This document shows positions 43,120 to 56,689 of a stretch of 64,000 bases of DNA, one piece after another. The notes under the pieces are model-generated. The model saw only the letters and a list, made by a program, of their open reading frames with translations. It did no database searches and was not told the DNA's origin. Source of the stretch: Eledone cirrhosa (lineage: Eukaryota); NCBI GenBank assembly GCA_964016885.1, contig OZ024743.1, positions 311,860,001 through 311,924,000 on the forward strand. Direction: 5' to 3'. Every line of letters begins with the position of its first letter. Position 1 is the stretch's first letter. Position numbers and translations under genes: made by a program.

Positions 43120-45400
43120 GATTGTGGGAGCAGAGTCCTCAAACACTCCTTTCAGTCGGTCCTATCAAAGACAACTGGTTATACCATTTGGCCTTTTGCT
43201 GTTCCCTCGGTAGAGTCCTGCCAGCTCCAGCTGGGAGGAGAAGCCTGCAACATTCAAGCCATGCTTTATGATCTTGTGGAAAGCAACATGGCAAGGAAGA
43301 CAGCCAGTAGTGTAGTAACAGGACAAGAGGTGGTGGCTGAAAGAGTCTATGGTGGATCCACAATGACATTTGTATTGAGGTCAGTGAGGAGAGATACATG
43401 GCTGTAGCAAGGAGCACTACGAATTGTGTAGAGGAGCTTCGGCATAGTGAAGCAGTTCCTCAACAGGAAGAGGGCTGGATGGACATCAATCATGCCCAGT
43501 CTGCTCATGAAAGTCTTGAGCTGCTGGAGCCTGGACTTGATGGTGGAGCAGATGGCTAGTGGGAGGATCCGCAACCTGAGTATCAGGACATCCTCTTTCG
43601 GGGTTGCCTACACCTGGCAAAGAATGGATCACACGTCCGAGATAGAGGCTGCAAAGCCCTCTACATCATAGCTGACATTCACCACCTCTGACTTGAATGA
43701 GTTGAACTTGAGGCCAACTCTCGGCAGAGCAGGAACCATTGATTGCAGGTTGTGGCAGACAGTCTCCACGGCCCTGTCCAACGTGGCATCATCTAGGTAC
43801 CAAACATCGAAAGGGGTTGTGATGCTCTGAGCAATGTGGTCTATCCCAAAAGCAAAGAGGAGGCGGCCCAAAGGGTCACCCTGTTGAACCCCAGTGGCTG
43901 AAGGTATGACCGTGTCAGCAGCAAGCAGCATGATCGGGGTTCCATACGACAGGTAGGCCACTGGGTAGACAGAGGGGGCTCAGCAGAGGCAGGCCTCAAG
44001 CAGATGGTCAAGCTTGAAAATGAGGTGCCAGGTGTCCCTCAATGCCAGTTCCAGTGGGCAGCTATTGAAGAACTGCCTAGTTGCAAATGTGACCCCCTCA
44101 CACGCACTGGACATGCTGACCCTTAGTTACTCTGGGCTGAGTTCCTGCCCAGCTCAGGTGTGATGGACCTGTAGACACCTTCACAACCAGCGTCTGGAAG
44201 ACATTTCCCACAGTGATAGGGCATATGCCGGCCTCTTTCTTCATGAGAACAATCAGGCTGGCTGAAAAGAGGCATAAGGGTCCACCAATAGTGGCTCTCA
44301 TTAATAATTGTTTCTACATTTGGCACAAGGCCAGCAAATACCCAGTACATTACTGGTACTTTATTTTATCGACCCCGTAAGGATGAAAGGCAAAGTTAAC
44401 CTCGGCGGGATTTGAACTCAGATCCTAAAGGGATGTAACTCTGCTGGAAAGCATGGCGTCCGACCCTCTACCGATACTGCCAATCCACCGAACGCCACTA
44501 TTGCATTCAGAAGGCAGTGCCCAGCTTCAGCTGATTGTGGGGATAGCAACACTTTGAAGTGGCCAGGTCAGTGACCATCAGTACCTCTGCTGCTGCTAGC
44601 AGGGAAGGACTTAATAGCAGGCATGATGTCTGCATTTGGTGCCACATGTAACAGGTAGGGTATGGGTCTGAGGTCTGTGGACAACTGAGGATGCTTGAAC
44701 TGAAAAGCATCCAAGACTTCCTCGGTGGAGTGGAGAACAGTGTGCTTGAAGCAACCACTCTGACTCCAACCTAGACATCACCCTCAATTAGGTTGATGCT
44801 TACACGGTCACGTAAACACTTTGTGCAGGCCTCAGAGATGGAGGATTGAGAACATCTGAGAGCAGAGAGTGTAGTGTTCTGGGCACACTTGGGATAGACG
44901 CTTGCCCGAAGGACAAAACGTTGGCCTTGATGAAAACCACTCTCAACAGGACACCTCAGTCAGTGCCGGATTTGGGGAGGCTGAGGGTTCAGGGCGTTCT
45001 TGATTGAGGATGCAAGGGTTTCCACCACCAACACCCAGGCTGCTTTCAGGATCTTGAGCTGGATCTTCTGAAGCCACCTGAGCTGAGCGATGTTGACCTG
45101 TGAGGCTTGAGCATCAGACAAGCTCACTGTCTCATCTGGTGGATGGTCACAGCTGTGCTGATGAGGGAAAAAGACAGTTGCTGTATCTCCATGCTCTGAG
45201 GGCACTGGTGGCTCATCGCATGAGGCCAACACAAGAAAGGTGGTGGAAACATCTGCACTTCAAACAGTTGCAGCCTTTCTTCTGCTTGTTCGTGGTGGTG
45301 TATGTGCTGCAGGTGTCACCTGGTGTGGCATGGAGCTGTGGGACTGGAGCTCTATGCAGCAACATGTGTGTGTGGCTGATTAACTCCAGCCAGGGGGCTT
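43120..45400 (-). mobile_element. Degraded CRE-like non-LTR retrotransposon interrupted by a SINE
   Basis: KKEAGICPITVG, SATGVQQGDPLG.LLFA, VWYLDDATL, HPALFLLRNCFTMPKLLYTIRSAPC. Confidence 0.75.
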
Positions 45401-45736
45401 AGCTCAACAGTGGATGGGTGAAAGGGAGAAACTGGAATCAAGGGGAAATTGGCAGAGGGATGATACGAATGAGGCAGCATATCTTACCTACAACAGATCC
45501 AAAGGCAACAGCAACAAAACAAAGAAGGGTGGGTAGGGCATGGAGAGCGAACTTTTAAAAAAAACAGGGGTTGTTCAAGTGGAAAATCTTAGAAATCTAT
45601 ATGTGTGTATTCATTTCATTTCATTTCATTTCATATTACGTCCGCTTTTCCCTGCTTGCAAGGGTGGGACGGGAACTGATTCTGGCTTGATTTCTACAGC
45701 TGGATGCCCTTCCTAACACCAACCTCATTTACAGTG

Positions 45737-45768
<32 letters not shown>

Positions 45769-46790
45769 TACTCCCACCAACACACACATGCACTCCCAAG
45801 TTTTGGCCATGACACCAGAGTATATGTTGTATATAGATGCTTGTATATGGACATTCTCATGACCATGTGTAAGTGTCATCATTATCATTTAATGTCCATC
45901 TTCCACGCAAGCATGGGTAGGACGGGCTGACCCTTTGGGAGAGAATCAAGTCAGGGGACCATGTTTTGCTCACCCAGGGCTGGTTTGGGCTTGGTTTCTA
46001 CAGTGGGATGCCCTTCCCAATGCCAACTACATTTACAGTGTGTGGTGGGTGCCATGTCACCTACACAACCACTTTACAGCATGGTCTGGGGACTTGTGTG
46101 TATATATATATATAATTCAGAAAAAAAATTATCACAAGTGTATTATTTAGACTGATTTACATGTGAATGCAAACTTGTTATGGATGTATGTGTGCCAGTG
46201 TGTACAGCGTAAGATAATGAACGATAAAAAGTTTCTGCATATTTTACACATATTTACAAGCAAGTAAATTGGCTCGATTATAAAATTTTTCAATAGTTAA
46301 TACTATAGTTATGTATTTATATACACAGATTAGCTTATATAGTCAGATGTTATATATGAACTTTATTACGAATTTCAATTTATATTTTCTCACATTTTGA
46401 AACAGTGCTCTTTTGTAGGACATCAGTGTGGTGTGTTGCTCAAGTAATTATACATTGTCTTCAACCTAAAACATTTTGTGTTATTTTGAGAAATTCCAAG
46501 TAGCTTCAGAATGTTTTTAATACAAATATTAAACATAGGCAGACATACAATAGACATCAATATATGATTCTATTATGTTTTCTAATATGGAAAATTCCTT
46601 AGCAAAAATTCAGCTTTTTTTTAAAAAGGAACTACAAAAAATACATGCATATATTGCTGCATATGAATATATATATATATATATAAATGTGGTTGGTGTT
46701 AGGAAGGGCATCTAGCCATAGAGAACCTGCCAGATAGTCCTGTACGAGCACGACACGGTCTCCCGACCATTCTTGCCTCAAGTGGGACAA

Positions 46791-49470
46791 TAGGACCCAA
46801 GGCGGTGAATTAGACTCTGTTCAGTCCTGGTACATGAGGCCTGTGATCCATGATGTAAAAAAACACCCAGGACTGAAACATGTAGGGAAGAATGATCAGA
46901 AGAACAGAAATGATGGGCAACAAGAGTATCCAAACCAAGTCGTATGACCCTCAAATGCTCAGCAATACGGTCCGTCATACGGCGTCTCATTTGTCCGATG
47001 TATAAAAACCCACAAAGGGAACACCAGAGGGCATAGACAGCATGGGTCGATGTGCAGGATACGGAAAGACCTGTTAGGGCCTGTGAGAGGGGTGAGGGTG
47101 GAAATGAAGGGGCAAGTGTTGCAGCGGGGACTAGAACAAAGATGAGAGCCAGGTGGAGTTGTGGGAGAGGACGAGAAGGGAGGACCAGGAGGTCACAGAG
47201 GTTGCAGGCGTGCTTAAAAGCAGTAATGGGTGGGTTTGGAAAAAAGCAAGAAGTGACGGGGTCAGAAGAGAGGATGTAGAAGGAACGGAGGATATGTTGC
47301 CAGATATGTTGCCAGAGTGGTAGGGTGATGGGGTGGTATGTAAGAGGGAAAGGATCGTGGGTGTTAGGCGGGTGGGGTGAGGTGAGAGGGCTGTGGTATG
47401 GTGTTTTTCACGAGTGCAGTTGAGAGCAGCTTGGATCAGGGTGGGAGGATATCCACGCTGGATGAAGCAGGAAGCCATGTGAAGGGAATGGGTTTCGAAA
47501 TCGTCATCCTGGCTACAGAGCCGACGAAGATGGAGGAATTGGGAATAGGGTATGGAGTGTTTGGTGTGGGTTGGATGGGAGGAGAATTCGAGGTAAGATT
47601 GGGAGTCTATTGGTTTAATGAAGATGGAAGTAGAGAGGGTGTGGTGAGAGTGATTAATAGATAGAGAGATATCTAGAAAAGGGACAGAGGAATCGGAGAT
47701 GGAGGCGGTGAAAGTGAGAGCAGGATGGAAAGATAGGACAAAAGAAAGAAAGCAGTCAAGCTGTTCTCATTATAGAGAGGTGGCGCCGATACAGTCGTCG
47801 ATATAACGGCCGTATAGCTCAGGAGTTGGTCCAGCGTACTGGGAGAAGATCTGGGCTTCGACGTAGCCAACAAGTTGGCATAGTTTGGAACCATTCTGGT
47901 TCCCATCGCTACCCCAGCGTCCTGCTGATAAAATTCACTCGAAAAGGAAAAGCCATTGAAGGTGAGAACAAGCTCAGCCAGACAGAAAAGAGTGGTAGTG
48001 CTGGGGTAAGGGGTAGGGTGAAAGTCTAAAAAATGTTGGAGAGTGCGGAGGCTGTCATCATGAAGGATGATGGTATAGAGAGAAGTGATGTCCAGGGTAA
48101 AGAGAAGGTGAGAGGAACCAGGAGGGAAGGAGAAAGAGTTGAAGAGTCTAAGGGCATGATTGGTATTGTGGATGTGGGAGGGGAGGTTGACGACCAGCGG
48201 GGCGAGGATGGTGTCTAAATATTCAGAAATTATCTCGGTGGGGCAGTTGCACGCAGAAACGATATGATGGCCGTGATTATTTTGTTTGTATATTTTGGGG
48301 AGGAAGTAGATGGTGGGTGTGTGAGGGGTGTGTACAATAAGGTTGGTGGCTGTGGGGGGGGTAGGAGAGAGGAGGAGATGAGCTCATGGATGGTGGAGGA
48401 CACGAGTTGTTGGTAAGAGGATAAAGAGCGGTAAAAAAATGTATTGTGAAGCTGGCAGAGAGTCTCAGCCCTATAGAGGTCAATGCACCAAACCACCACA
48501 GCGCCACCTTTGTCAGCGAGTTTGATGTCAATGTCATCACGACGCCGAAGGTTGCGAAGAGCGGAGAGCTCAGTCCACGAGAATGCTGGTGGAAACGGAA
48601 CCGGTTCACAGTACGATGGCAAGTATCGACAAAGGAGTCGAGGGTGCTAAACTGGCCAGAGCTCGGCATCCAATGTGAATGACAGTGACTAATACGAGTG
48701 AAGTCATCCGTCTGTGTCGATGATGGCATGTCGTGAAAAAAAGCTTTCAGCTTTAATCGGCACGTATGCAGAACTCATCATAGGTAGATGTGGTTGATAT
48801 AAAACGCAAACCACGGACGAGGAGGGAGCGCTCAGCTTCAGAGAGTGGTAGATCCTGGGGTATGGTGACTATAATGCAGGGACGTGAGGGAGTGAAAGAG
48901 GCAGAGATGGAGGGGTTAAGGTGGTTGGGGAACGCATGTGCAGATTCAGTGGTGGGGAGAGGAAAGGGGGTGGTAGGTGATAGGATAGAGGGGTTAGGGT
49001 TGGAGGTGATATGAGTATGGGTGGTGACAGCAGGTAGGGAGGGAGTGAGTCGAGTTTGTGGTTTTTTATGGAAGTGAGGAAATTGAAAAGGAGGAGATTG
49101 AGGTAAAGAATGAATTGGATACGGGATTGGGTGAGGAAAGGGTGGCAAGTGGAGGAGAGATGGAGGTAGACCTTGGGGAGATCTTGGTTGAAAGAATAGA
49201 TTTGGGCGAGCGTTGATCAAATGGTTGCCCGCATGAGCTGGTAAGAGGAGTGGGTATGATGGGTTCAGTGGTGGGAGCAGAGTTAGAGGTGGGGTGGAAC
49301 CTACGGGGAATGAGGTGGTGGTGGAGGCAGCGACTTAAAAAGGTAATGTGACTATTGTATTTTGTTTTGGTGAAGATGAGGTTGGAGAAATGCACGAATG
49401 ATTGGATGCATATAGTGGGGGAGATGTTGGAGGAAGCGCTTGAGAGTAGAATGGAGCTGGCGGAGAAAAG
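46791..49470 (-). mobile_element. Nearly full-length but frameshifted Penelope-like element (RT and GIY-YIG)
   Basis: L.RGLRFI, IKLADKGGAVVVW, MGTRMVPNYANL, RYIDD, F.QRGYP, VYALWCSLCGFLYIGQ..RR..DRIAEH..VAHHF. Confidence 0.88.
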
Positions 49471-49479
49471 ATTTGAGAT

Positions 49480-51132
49480 TGGTCCTGTGTCATTGCCATT
49501 GAGAGGTGCAATTGGGCAAGGTCCGCTTTTATCACCTCGTTCCAGGTTTTCTTGGGTCTCCCCACTCCATGGCTTCCATCAACTTTTAGTGCTCTGCACC
49601 TTTTATGCAGCTATCATCCTTCATACGCATCACATGTCCATACCAAAGCATCCTCCTCTCCTGCACACAGCATTTGATTCCTCTTATGTTAAGTCCCTCT
49701 CTCAGTTTATTTATGCTTTGCCGTTCGCGTATATTACTATTACATATCCATCGGAGCATGCAAGCTTTATTTCTAATCTACACAAGTCTTCTACACACAG
49801 CGCCCAGGTCTCACTACCATGTAATATTGCTGTTCGTATGCACACATCATCAAGTCTGCCTTTCATTTTTGAGGGAAAAACATTTTGCAGCTAGCAATGG
49901 CAGTAGCTTCCTGAACTTCTTCCATCCCGTTCTTACCTTGATTACTTTACTTTCAGAACACCCACCTCCGCTGCTAATTTGGTCACCTAGGTAGCAGAAG
50001 CTGTCTACAGTTTCTACCGAGCCCTCCCAGAGTTTGGTAGTGCTTGTTTCCTGTGGCTATTTGCTGCTTACTGTCTTGGTACAGCTGCTACATGTGAAGC
50101 CTACATTCTTAATTAAGCTTCCTGAGATCCCGCTACATCTCTTGTGTACCCATTGTTTGCATTTGGGACAGAGAATGGAGTTCCTACCTACACCTTTCCT
50201 ACATACTGAGCAAGGACATTTCCCTGAGGGGATCTGGGTTCTGTTTTCTCGTCTACTTACAAGGACCTTAGTCTTTATCAGGTTGACTTTGAAACCCTTT
50301 CTTTCTAGTCCCTGCTTCCAAGTTTGAAATTTCTTCTCTAGTTCTACCATAGGTTCAGCTATAAGTGCGAGGTCATCTTAAACTCCTCCATTATTGCCTG
50401 CAGAACTATGATGAAAAGGAGAGAGCTAAGAACAGAGCCCTGGTGGACACCGACCTGTATGCTAAATTCCTCGTTATAGTCATTGCTAATCCTAACTTTG
50501 CTGACTGCTCCCCTATACATGTCTTGTACAGCTTTCACACGCCATTCATCTACTCCTAGTTTTCTAAGAGCCCACCAGATTATAGCATGGGTAACTCTGT
50601 CAAAGGCTTTCTCAAGATCAACGAATGCCAGGTAGAGCGGCTTACTTTTAGCTAGGTACTTTTCCTGTAACTGCCTCACAAGGAACAAGGCATCAGTGGT
50701 GCCTCTTCCTGGCACAAACCCAAATTGCATCTCATCTAGTTTCACCTGGTCCCTAATCAACTGTGCTATAACTCTTTCTGTTACTTTCATGACCTGGTCC
50801 ATCAGCTTTATACCTCTATAGTTTTCTCTATCTAGTGCATCACCTTCACTTTTGTAGCAGTTGACAATGATGCTACTGCACCAATCCTTTGGTATGACAC
50901 CTAGTATTACCTGGTTAACAATACGAGTGGTTATGGTGTGACCTACCGACCCAGATGCCTTCAGTCTCTCGGCAGCTATACCCGATGGACCGGTTGCCTT
51001 CCCCAACTTCATATCTTTGATTGCCTTACTTACTACACTGCTCCTGACTTGTACTGCTAGCCCCTCTATAGGGTCTACTTGGGGTAGGGTCTCTTCTTCC
51101 CACGCATTCTCCTCATTTAGTAATCTATCATA
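49480..51132 (-). mobile_element. RTE LINE internal fragment, same family as 56690-60232
   Basis: YDRLLNEENAWEEETLPQVDPIEG..NYRGIKL..DLEKAFD..GRPKKTWNEVIKADL. Confidence 0.93.
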
Positions 51133-51134
51133 AT

Positions 51135-51847
51135 CAATGCAATCCGTAGAAAAGATAGCCCCACTAATAAACACATTAAAAGCTACAGCAATGTGGAACA
51201 CATAATATGAAAGAGTACTGGTGGAATGTTCCAGCAAAAACCCCAATAAAATGCAGGCATAACAGACCAGATATTATGATATGGGACAGGCAGAAGAAAG
51301 CATGCACAGTAGTGGAAATTAGCTGCCCAGCAGATGCCAATATAATATCAAAGATTAGCGAAAAGGAGAATATTTATGCAGAACTGATGAGAAATCTGCA
51401 GATACTCCACTCTGATTACACCTTCAGATTTATGCCTGTGATTATTGGGGCACTGGGGTATGTTAATAAATGCCTCAATACAAATCTTGAGAAGCTAGGC
51501 TTCACAAGAACAGAAAGAACACAACTAGTTAGGAAATTACAAGTACAATCCATTAATGAAACAGTAAAAATATGTAAAACATTCCAAAAATGTTGCATCT
51601 AATAACTGCATATACACATGTACAGATACAAAGCATATACACATGCACATATACAATTCAAAACATACACATCCACACATACAATAACATCCATATCTAC
51701 ACGTGCATGCATGCATACATAATCTACCTAGTTGATGTTGTATAAATTCCAATGAGAGAGTCTTGTGTCTATGTTAGAAACCGACTCTCTATTGGTAAAA
51801 CTTTGTGAAATTATAAAACCAGAAGAACATACATACATACATACATA
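51135..51847 (+). mobile_element. R4/Dong-like 3' fragment (restriction-like endonuclease and UTR) ending in (CATA)n
   Basis: NRPDIMIWD..CTVVEISCP..K..IY..L; highly similar to 55435-56135. Confidence 0.85.
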
Positions 51848-54800
51848 CTCTACAGTCAACGCGATCAGTCGCATATTTTGGCGTAGGAGACTATTTTTTT
51901 AATTGAAGATGAATACTATCTCCGACAGTAATGCCACAACTACAGTCAGGTTGAATAACTGGTTATTCTTCTAACTATCCCTTCTGAAGACACCTTTTAT
52001 TCGAATTCGTAGAGATATCCGACTAAATACATAATTCATTTTTACAAGGATTTGCTACAAACAGCCTGGCTGAACACAACATCAACAAAAAAATTAAGGA
52101 AGTACCGAAGACAAATAACAAGGAAAGTAATCAAACTTTATTCAGTTGGAGCTACAGAAGAGACCGAAATTATAAATCGCATTTCTCTTGGAATTGCGAA
52201 CTTAATAATGATTTATTTAATTGTTATAAAATGGAAAAAAAACAATCCCTCCATTGGCTATATGAACAGAATGAAGCTACACTGGGACGAAATGCACCCA
52301 GAGCTAAATTATTTCACAGTGAAACAATTACGCCAACAAGCGACGTTTGTTGAACGTAAAAATAAAAAAAAAATTATTAATTGTAAGTCCCCCACAACAA
52401 ACATGCGATCAACAGCACGTGCTACAGGTCTCCATGCTACTAGACTTCCTAGCAGCCAGGTCGAACAGCGCCTTGGAACAACTATGCCTGTAAGAAACTT
52501 GACACCACCTGTACCATCTAAGTCTAACTCGAATGCTGGGGAAAACACTATCGATAATAATAATAATCGAAGAAATTTGACACCACGTGTACCATCTGAG
52601 TCCACCTCGACTGTTGTGGGAAATACTATCGATAATGATAATAATCAAAAGTATAAACAATTGAAAATTTCCCTCAACGAAATCTTCCAGAGATAAATGA
52701 GTTTATGTATAAATATCTCTCTTGCTGAACGTATTAAAACGACAATGTTTAATAAATAAAAAAACAAATAATTGTTTCTACTTTAGGCACAAGGTCAGCA
52801 AATTCCTAGTACATTACTGGTACTTTATTTTATCGACCCCCGTAAGGATGAAAGGCAAAGTTAACCTCGGCGGGATTTGAACTCAGACTGTAAAGGGACG
52901 TAACTATGCTAGAAAGCATGGCGTCCAACCCTCTACCGATACTGCCAATTCACCGCTCTTATAAAAAAAACAAATAATGAAATATTACGTGTTATTGATG
53001 AAATAGGGGATGAATATTTACGACAGATAAAAACCCCAACACTTTGGCAAATCAACGCCTGTTTATATGCTTTAGCAACGACGGTGAAGCATTATCTTGG
53101 TGATAGCAGAAATATTAACAAGAACAGAACACCACAAAAAATACCATCATATATAACTAAAATAGAAAAAAAGATTGTTGACCTACGAAAAAACATAGGA
53201 TATGTGACAATGCTCCTTACATGCAAACAAACACAAAAAAACCTCACTCCTCACCAACAAAGAGTGAAACATAAAATAGAGACGATGTTTGGTAACAGTA
53301 GAACCAGAACTCTTCAATATAAGCTGATCACCCTCAAACAAGAATTGAGAGCTGTTAGCAAAAAACGCTGATACCTGAAGAAGGTAGATGAGAGAAAAGT
53401 GCTTAATAAAAGATTCAGACGAAACCAAACATCAGTCTATAGAGATATGAAGAACAAAATAATAAGTGTCACTGAGGCCCCATCCCAGAAAGACATAAAT
53501 TCCTTTTGGAGCAAAATATGGGGTGAAAATAAGAATTTCAACCAAGATGCAGTGTGGCTAAGAGAAATCCGAAAGAACTATTGCTCCTACACTACAATAA
53601 AAACATACGAAATAAGTGAGGGTACCCTTGAGACTGTGATAGGAAAACTCAAAGATAAGAAAACACCAGGAAGAGACATGATTGTCGGCTACTGGTACAA
53701 AAAACTGATATTCTATCAGAGGTATATTACTGACCTCTAGCAACAAGTTCTTAAGGGAGATACACTTATATCAGAATGGTTGACATTAGCACAAACATTA
53801 CTGATTCCCAAGAAGAAAGACACCTACTTGGCAAAAAACTACCGACCCATTGCATGCCAGAACCTGATGTATAAGATGTATACAACCTACCTGAACCTAT
53901 TCTTCCAAAATCACTGTGAAAACAATAACATCATCACAGATGAACAAGCAGCTGGAAATAAAGGGGTTTGGGGATGTGCTGAACAACTCCTAATCAACAA
54001 AACTGCGATGTCGGAGGTGCAACAACTTAGGAGGAATATGGCTACAATCTGGCTGGACTACAGGAAAGCTTTCGATTCTGTTCCCCACTCTTGGATGATA
54101 AAGGCCCTCCAACTTGCTTAAGTCCCAGACATTATTGTCAGAGCCATAGAGAAGCTGGCTTCTTCTTGGGCTACTATCCTAAGGTTAAAGACAGAGAGGG
54201 AAGACTCTATTTTCACTGATAAAATAAAATATCACAGGAGTATATTTCAGGGGGACAGTCTCTCTGTGATATTATTCATCTTGTCATTAAACCCCTTGTC
54301 CTTTCTGCTCAAGAAATGTGAGGGATACATCATTGGCTCACAGGAGGACAGAAATACGAACCTAACCCATAATTTCTTTGTGGACGATCTGAAACTCTAT
54401 GCCAAGAACATGGATGGGATGAAGAAAAATCTTGACCTGGTTACAACGTTCTCAAAGGATATAGGAATGGAGTTTGGCCAAGATAAATGCTCATACATGA
54501 CTGTAAAGTGGGGAAAAACAACAACCCAATCTAGCAATATTGTCATCAATGGCCTAACTGTTTCAACGATATCTGATGAGGACTGCTACAGATAGCTGGG
54601 GATAGATGAGAACATATACTATAATGGTATTTGTAATAAGGAACGCGTAACCAGGGAATACTACACCCGATTAAGAAAGATTTGGTCATCGGAACTCTCT
54701 ATGCAAGACAAAACTGTGGCTCACAATGTGTTTGCTGTGCTTGTCCTAACACCAACGTTTGGACACCTCACTTGGACGATAGACGGAATCTGAGCAGTTG

Positions 54801-56135
54801 ATGTTGGAACTCGAAAAATACTAAATAACACCGGAAACTTCCACATCAACAGTGACATAGACCACCTTTACTTGAAACGTAAGCAGGGAGGCAGAGGCCT
54901 AATATCAGCCCAGACAGCATTTGAATGACAACATCTACAAACCTCAAAGCGTAGGAGCCCATCTCTCGAGCAAGTCTATCTGCATGAAACAGATAAGATC
55001 ATGAGAGTTGGGAAGGAACTCCTCGAGAGATATTCCGTGTGATAATCAAAAACTGACACCCAGGGAAGTCGCTCAGCAGTATCCATGGATGAAAAACTGC
55101 ATGCTTATCAGCAAAAAATCATGCATGGATATGTTACCAGGAAGCTCCAGAGTGAGAGTAATATAGATAAGGAAAGTAGTCTATCTTGGACCAACAACCG
55201 CTATATTGGCTCCCACTTTGAAGGATGCGCTTTTGCAATCCAAGAACAGCAGATTAACACGAAATACCTGATTCACAAAAGAGATAGGGATGCTGGCAAA
55301 ACACCTAGATGTGATAACAAGTGCAGACTCTGCAGAACTAACATCGAGGATATCACCCATATCATCAACAGCTGTCCAAAGATGTCATCGCGGTACTATC
55401 TACCTAGGAGGCATGATGTAGTGGCCAAAACACAGTACAATGCAGTTCGTAAAAAAGATAGCCCCGATAATAAAGACATTAAAAGCCACAGCAAAGTTGA
55501 AGACATACATATACATAATATGAAAGAGTACTGGTGGAATGTTCCAGTCAAAACCCCAATAAAATGCAGGCATAACTGACCAGATATGATATGGGACAGG
55601 GAGAAGAAGGCATGCACAGTAGTGGAAATTAGCTGCCCAGCAGATGCCAATATAATATCAAAAATTAGCAAAAAGGAGAATATTTATGCAGAACTGATGA
55701 GAAATCTGCAGATACTCCACCCTGATTACACCTTCAGATTTATGCCTGTGATTATTGGGGCACTGGGGTATGTTAGTAAATGCCTCAATACAAATCTTGA
55801 GAAGCTAGGCTTCACAGGAAGAGAAAGAACACAACTAGTTAGGAAATTACAAGTACAATCCATTAATGGAACAGTAAAAATATGTAAAACATTCCAAAAA
55901 TGTTGCATCTAATAACTGCATATACACATGTATAGATACAAAGCATATACACATGCACACATACCACTCAAAACATACCCATCCATATCTACACATACAT
56001 GCATGTATACATAATCTACCTAGTTGATGTTGTGTAAATTCCAATAAGAGAGTCTTGTGTCTATGTTAGAAACCGACTCTCTCTCTATTGGGAAAAAAAT
56101 TTGTGAAATTATAAAACCAGAAGAACATACATACA
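51848..56135 (+). mobile_element. Full-length, decayed R4/Dong-like non-LTR retrotransposon with a SINE inserted at 52767-52955
   Basis: NYRPIAC, WLDYRKAFDSVPHSW, FQGDSLS, FVDDLKLY, CRLC..EDITHIINSC..RRHD, PD..VEISCP; SINE flanked by ataaaaaaa(a)caaataat duplication. Confidence 0.88.
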
Positions 56136-56173
56136 TGTATATACATATATAATATAATATAATTTCTTTATAG

Positions 56174-56341
56174 TTTGAGTGCTGCGGAGTTAATAATTAC
56201 ACTGATTTTGAAAGAACCCTTCTTTGGACAAAGAATTACAATGGAACAATTACAACAATACCACCATCTTGTTGTAGAGATCGTAGAATTTCTACAGATT
56301 GTTTGACTTCACCAAATGCCCAGAATTCTTATATTGAGAAG
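56174..56341 (+). CDS. Tetraspanin coding exon 5 (CCG and PxSCC motifs)
   Basis: ctttatag|FECCGVNNYTDFERTLLWTKNYNGTITTIPPSCCRDRRISTDCLTSPNAQNSYIEK|gtatac; 168 nt. Confidence 0.93.
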
Positions 56342-56689
56342 GTATACAAAACTTTCCTATATTTGTCAAATTCTTAAATATATAATAGCTACTGATATAA
56401 ATGTGCAGTTAAGAACAATATTGTTTCAGATTTGCTACTAATGTATGACACTTTGGTCATGTGATCAAAGGAGTTAGTATATATAAACTGTGCAAAACCT
56501 TCTGCATATATATATATATATACTATATATAAATATAATTTAGCGAGAATCGCATTTCGGCGGGTAAAAATTAGCAAAACGCAACTTCCATATTGTGCTG
56601 ACAAGCGCTCCATGGATATGAAGAAGATACCAGAGCTATAAACATAAGTTAAAATGGTCATATACGCTAAGACGTATATATATATATAT

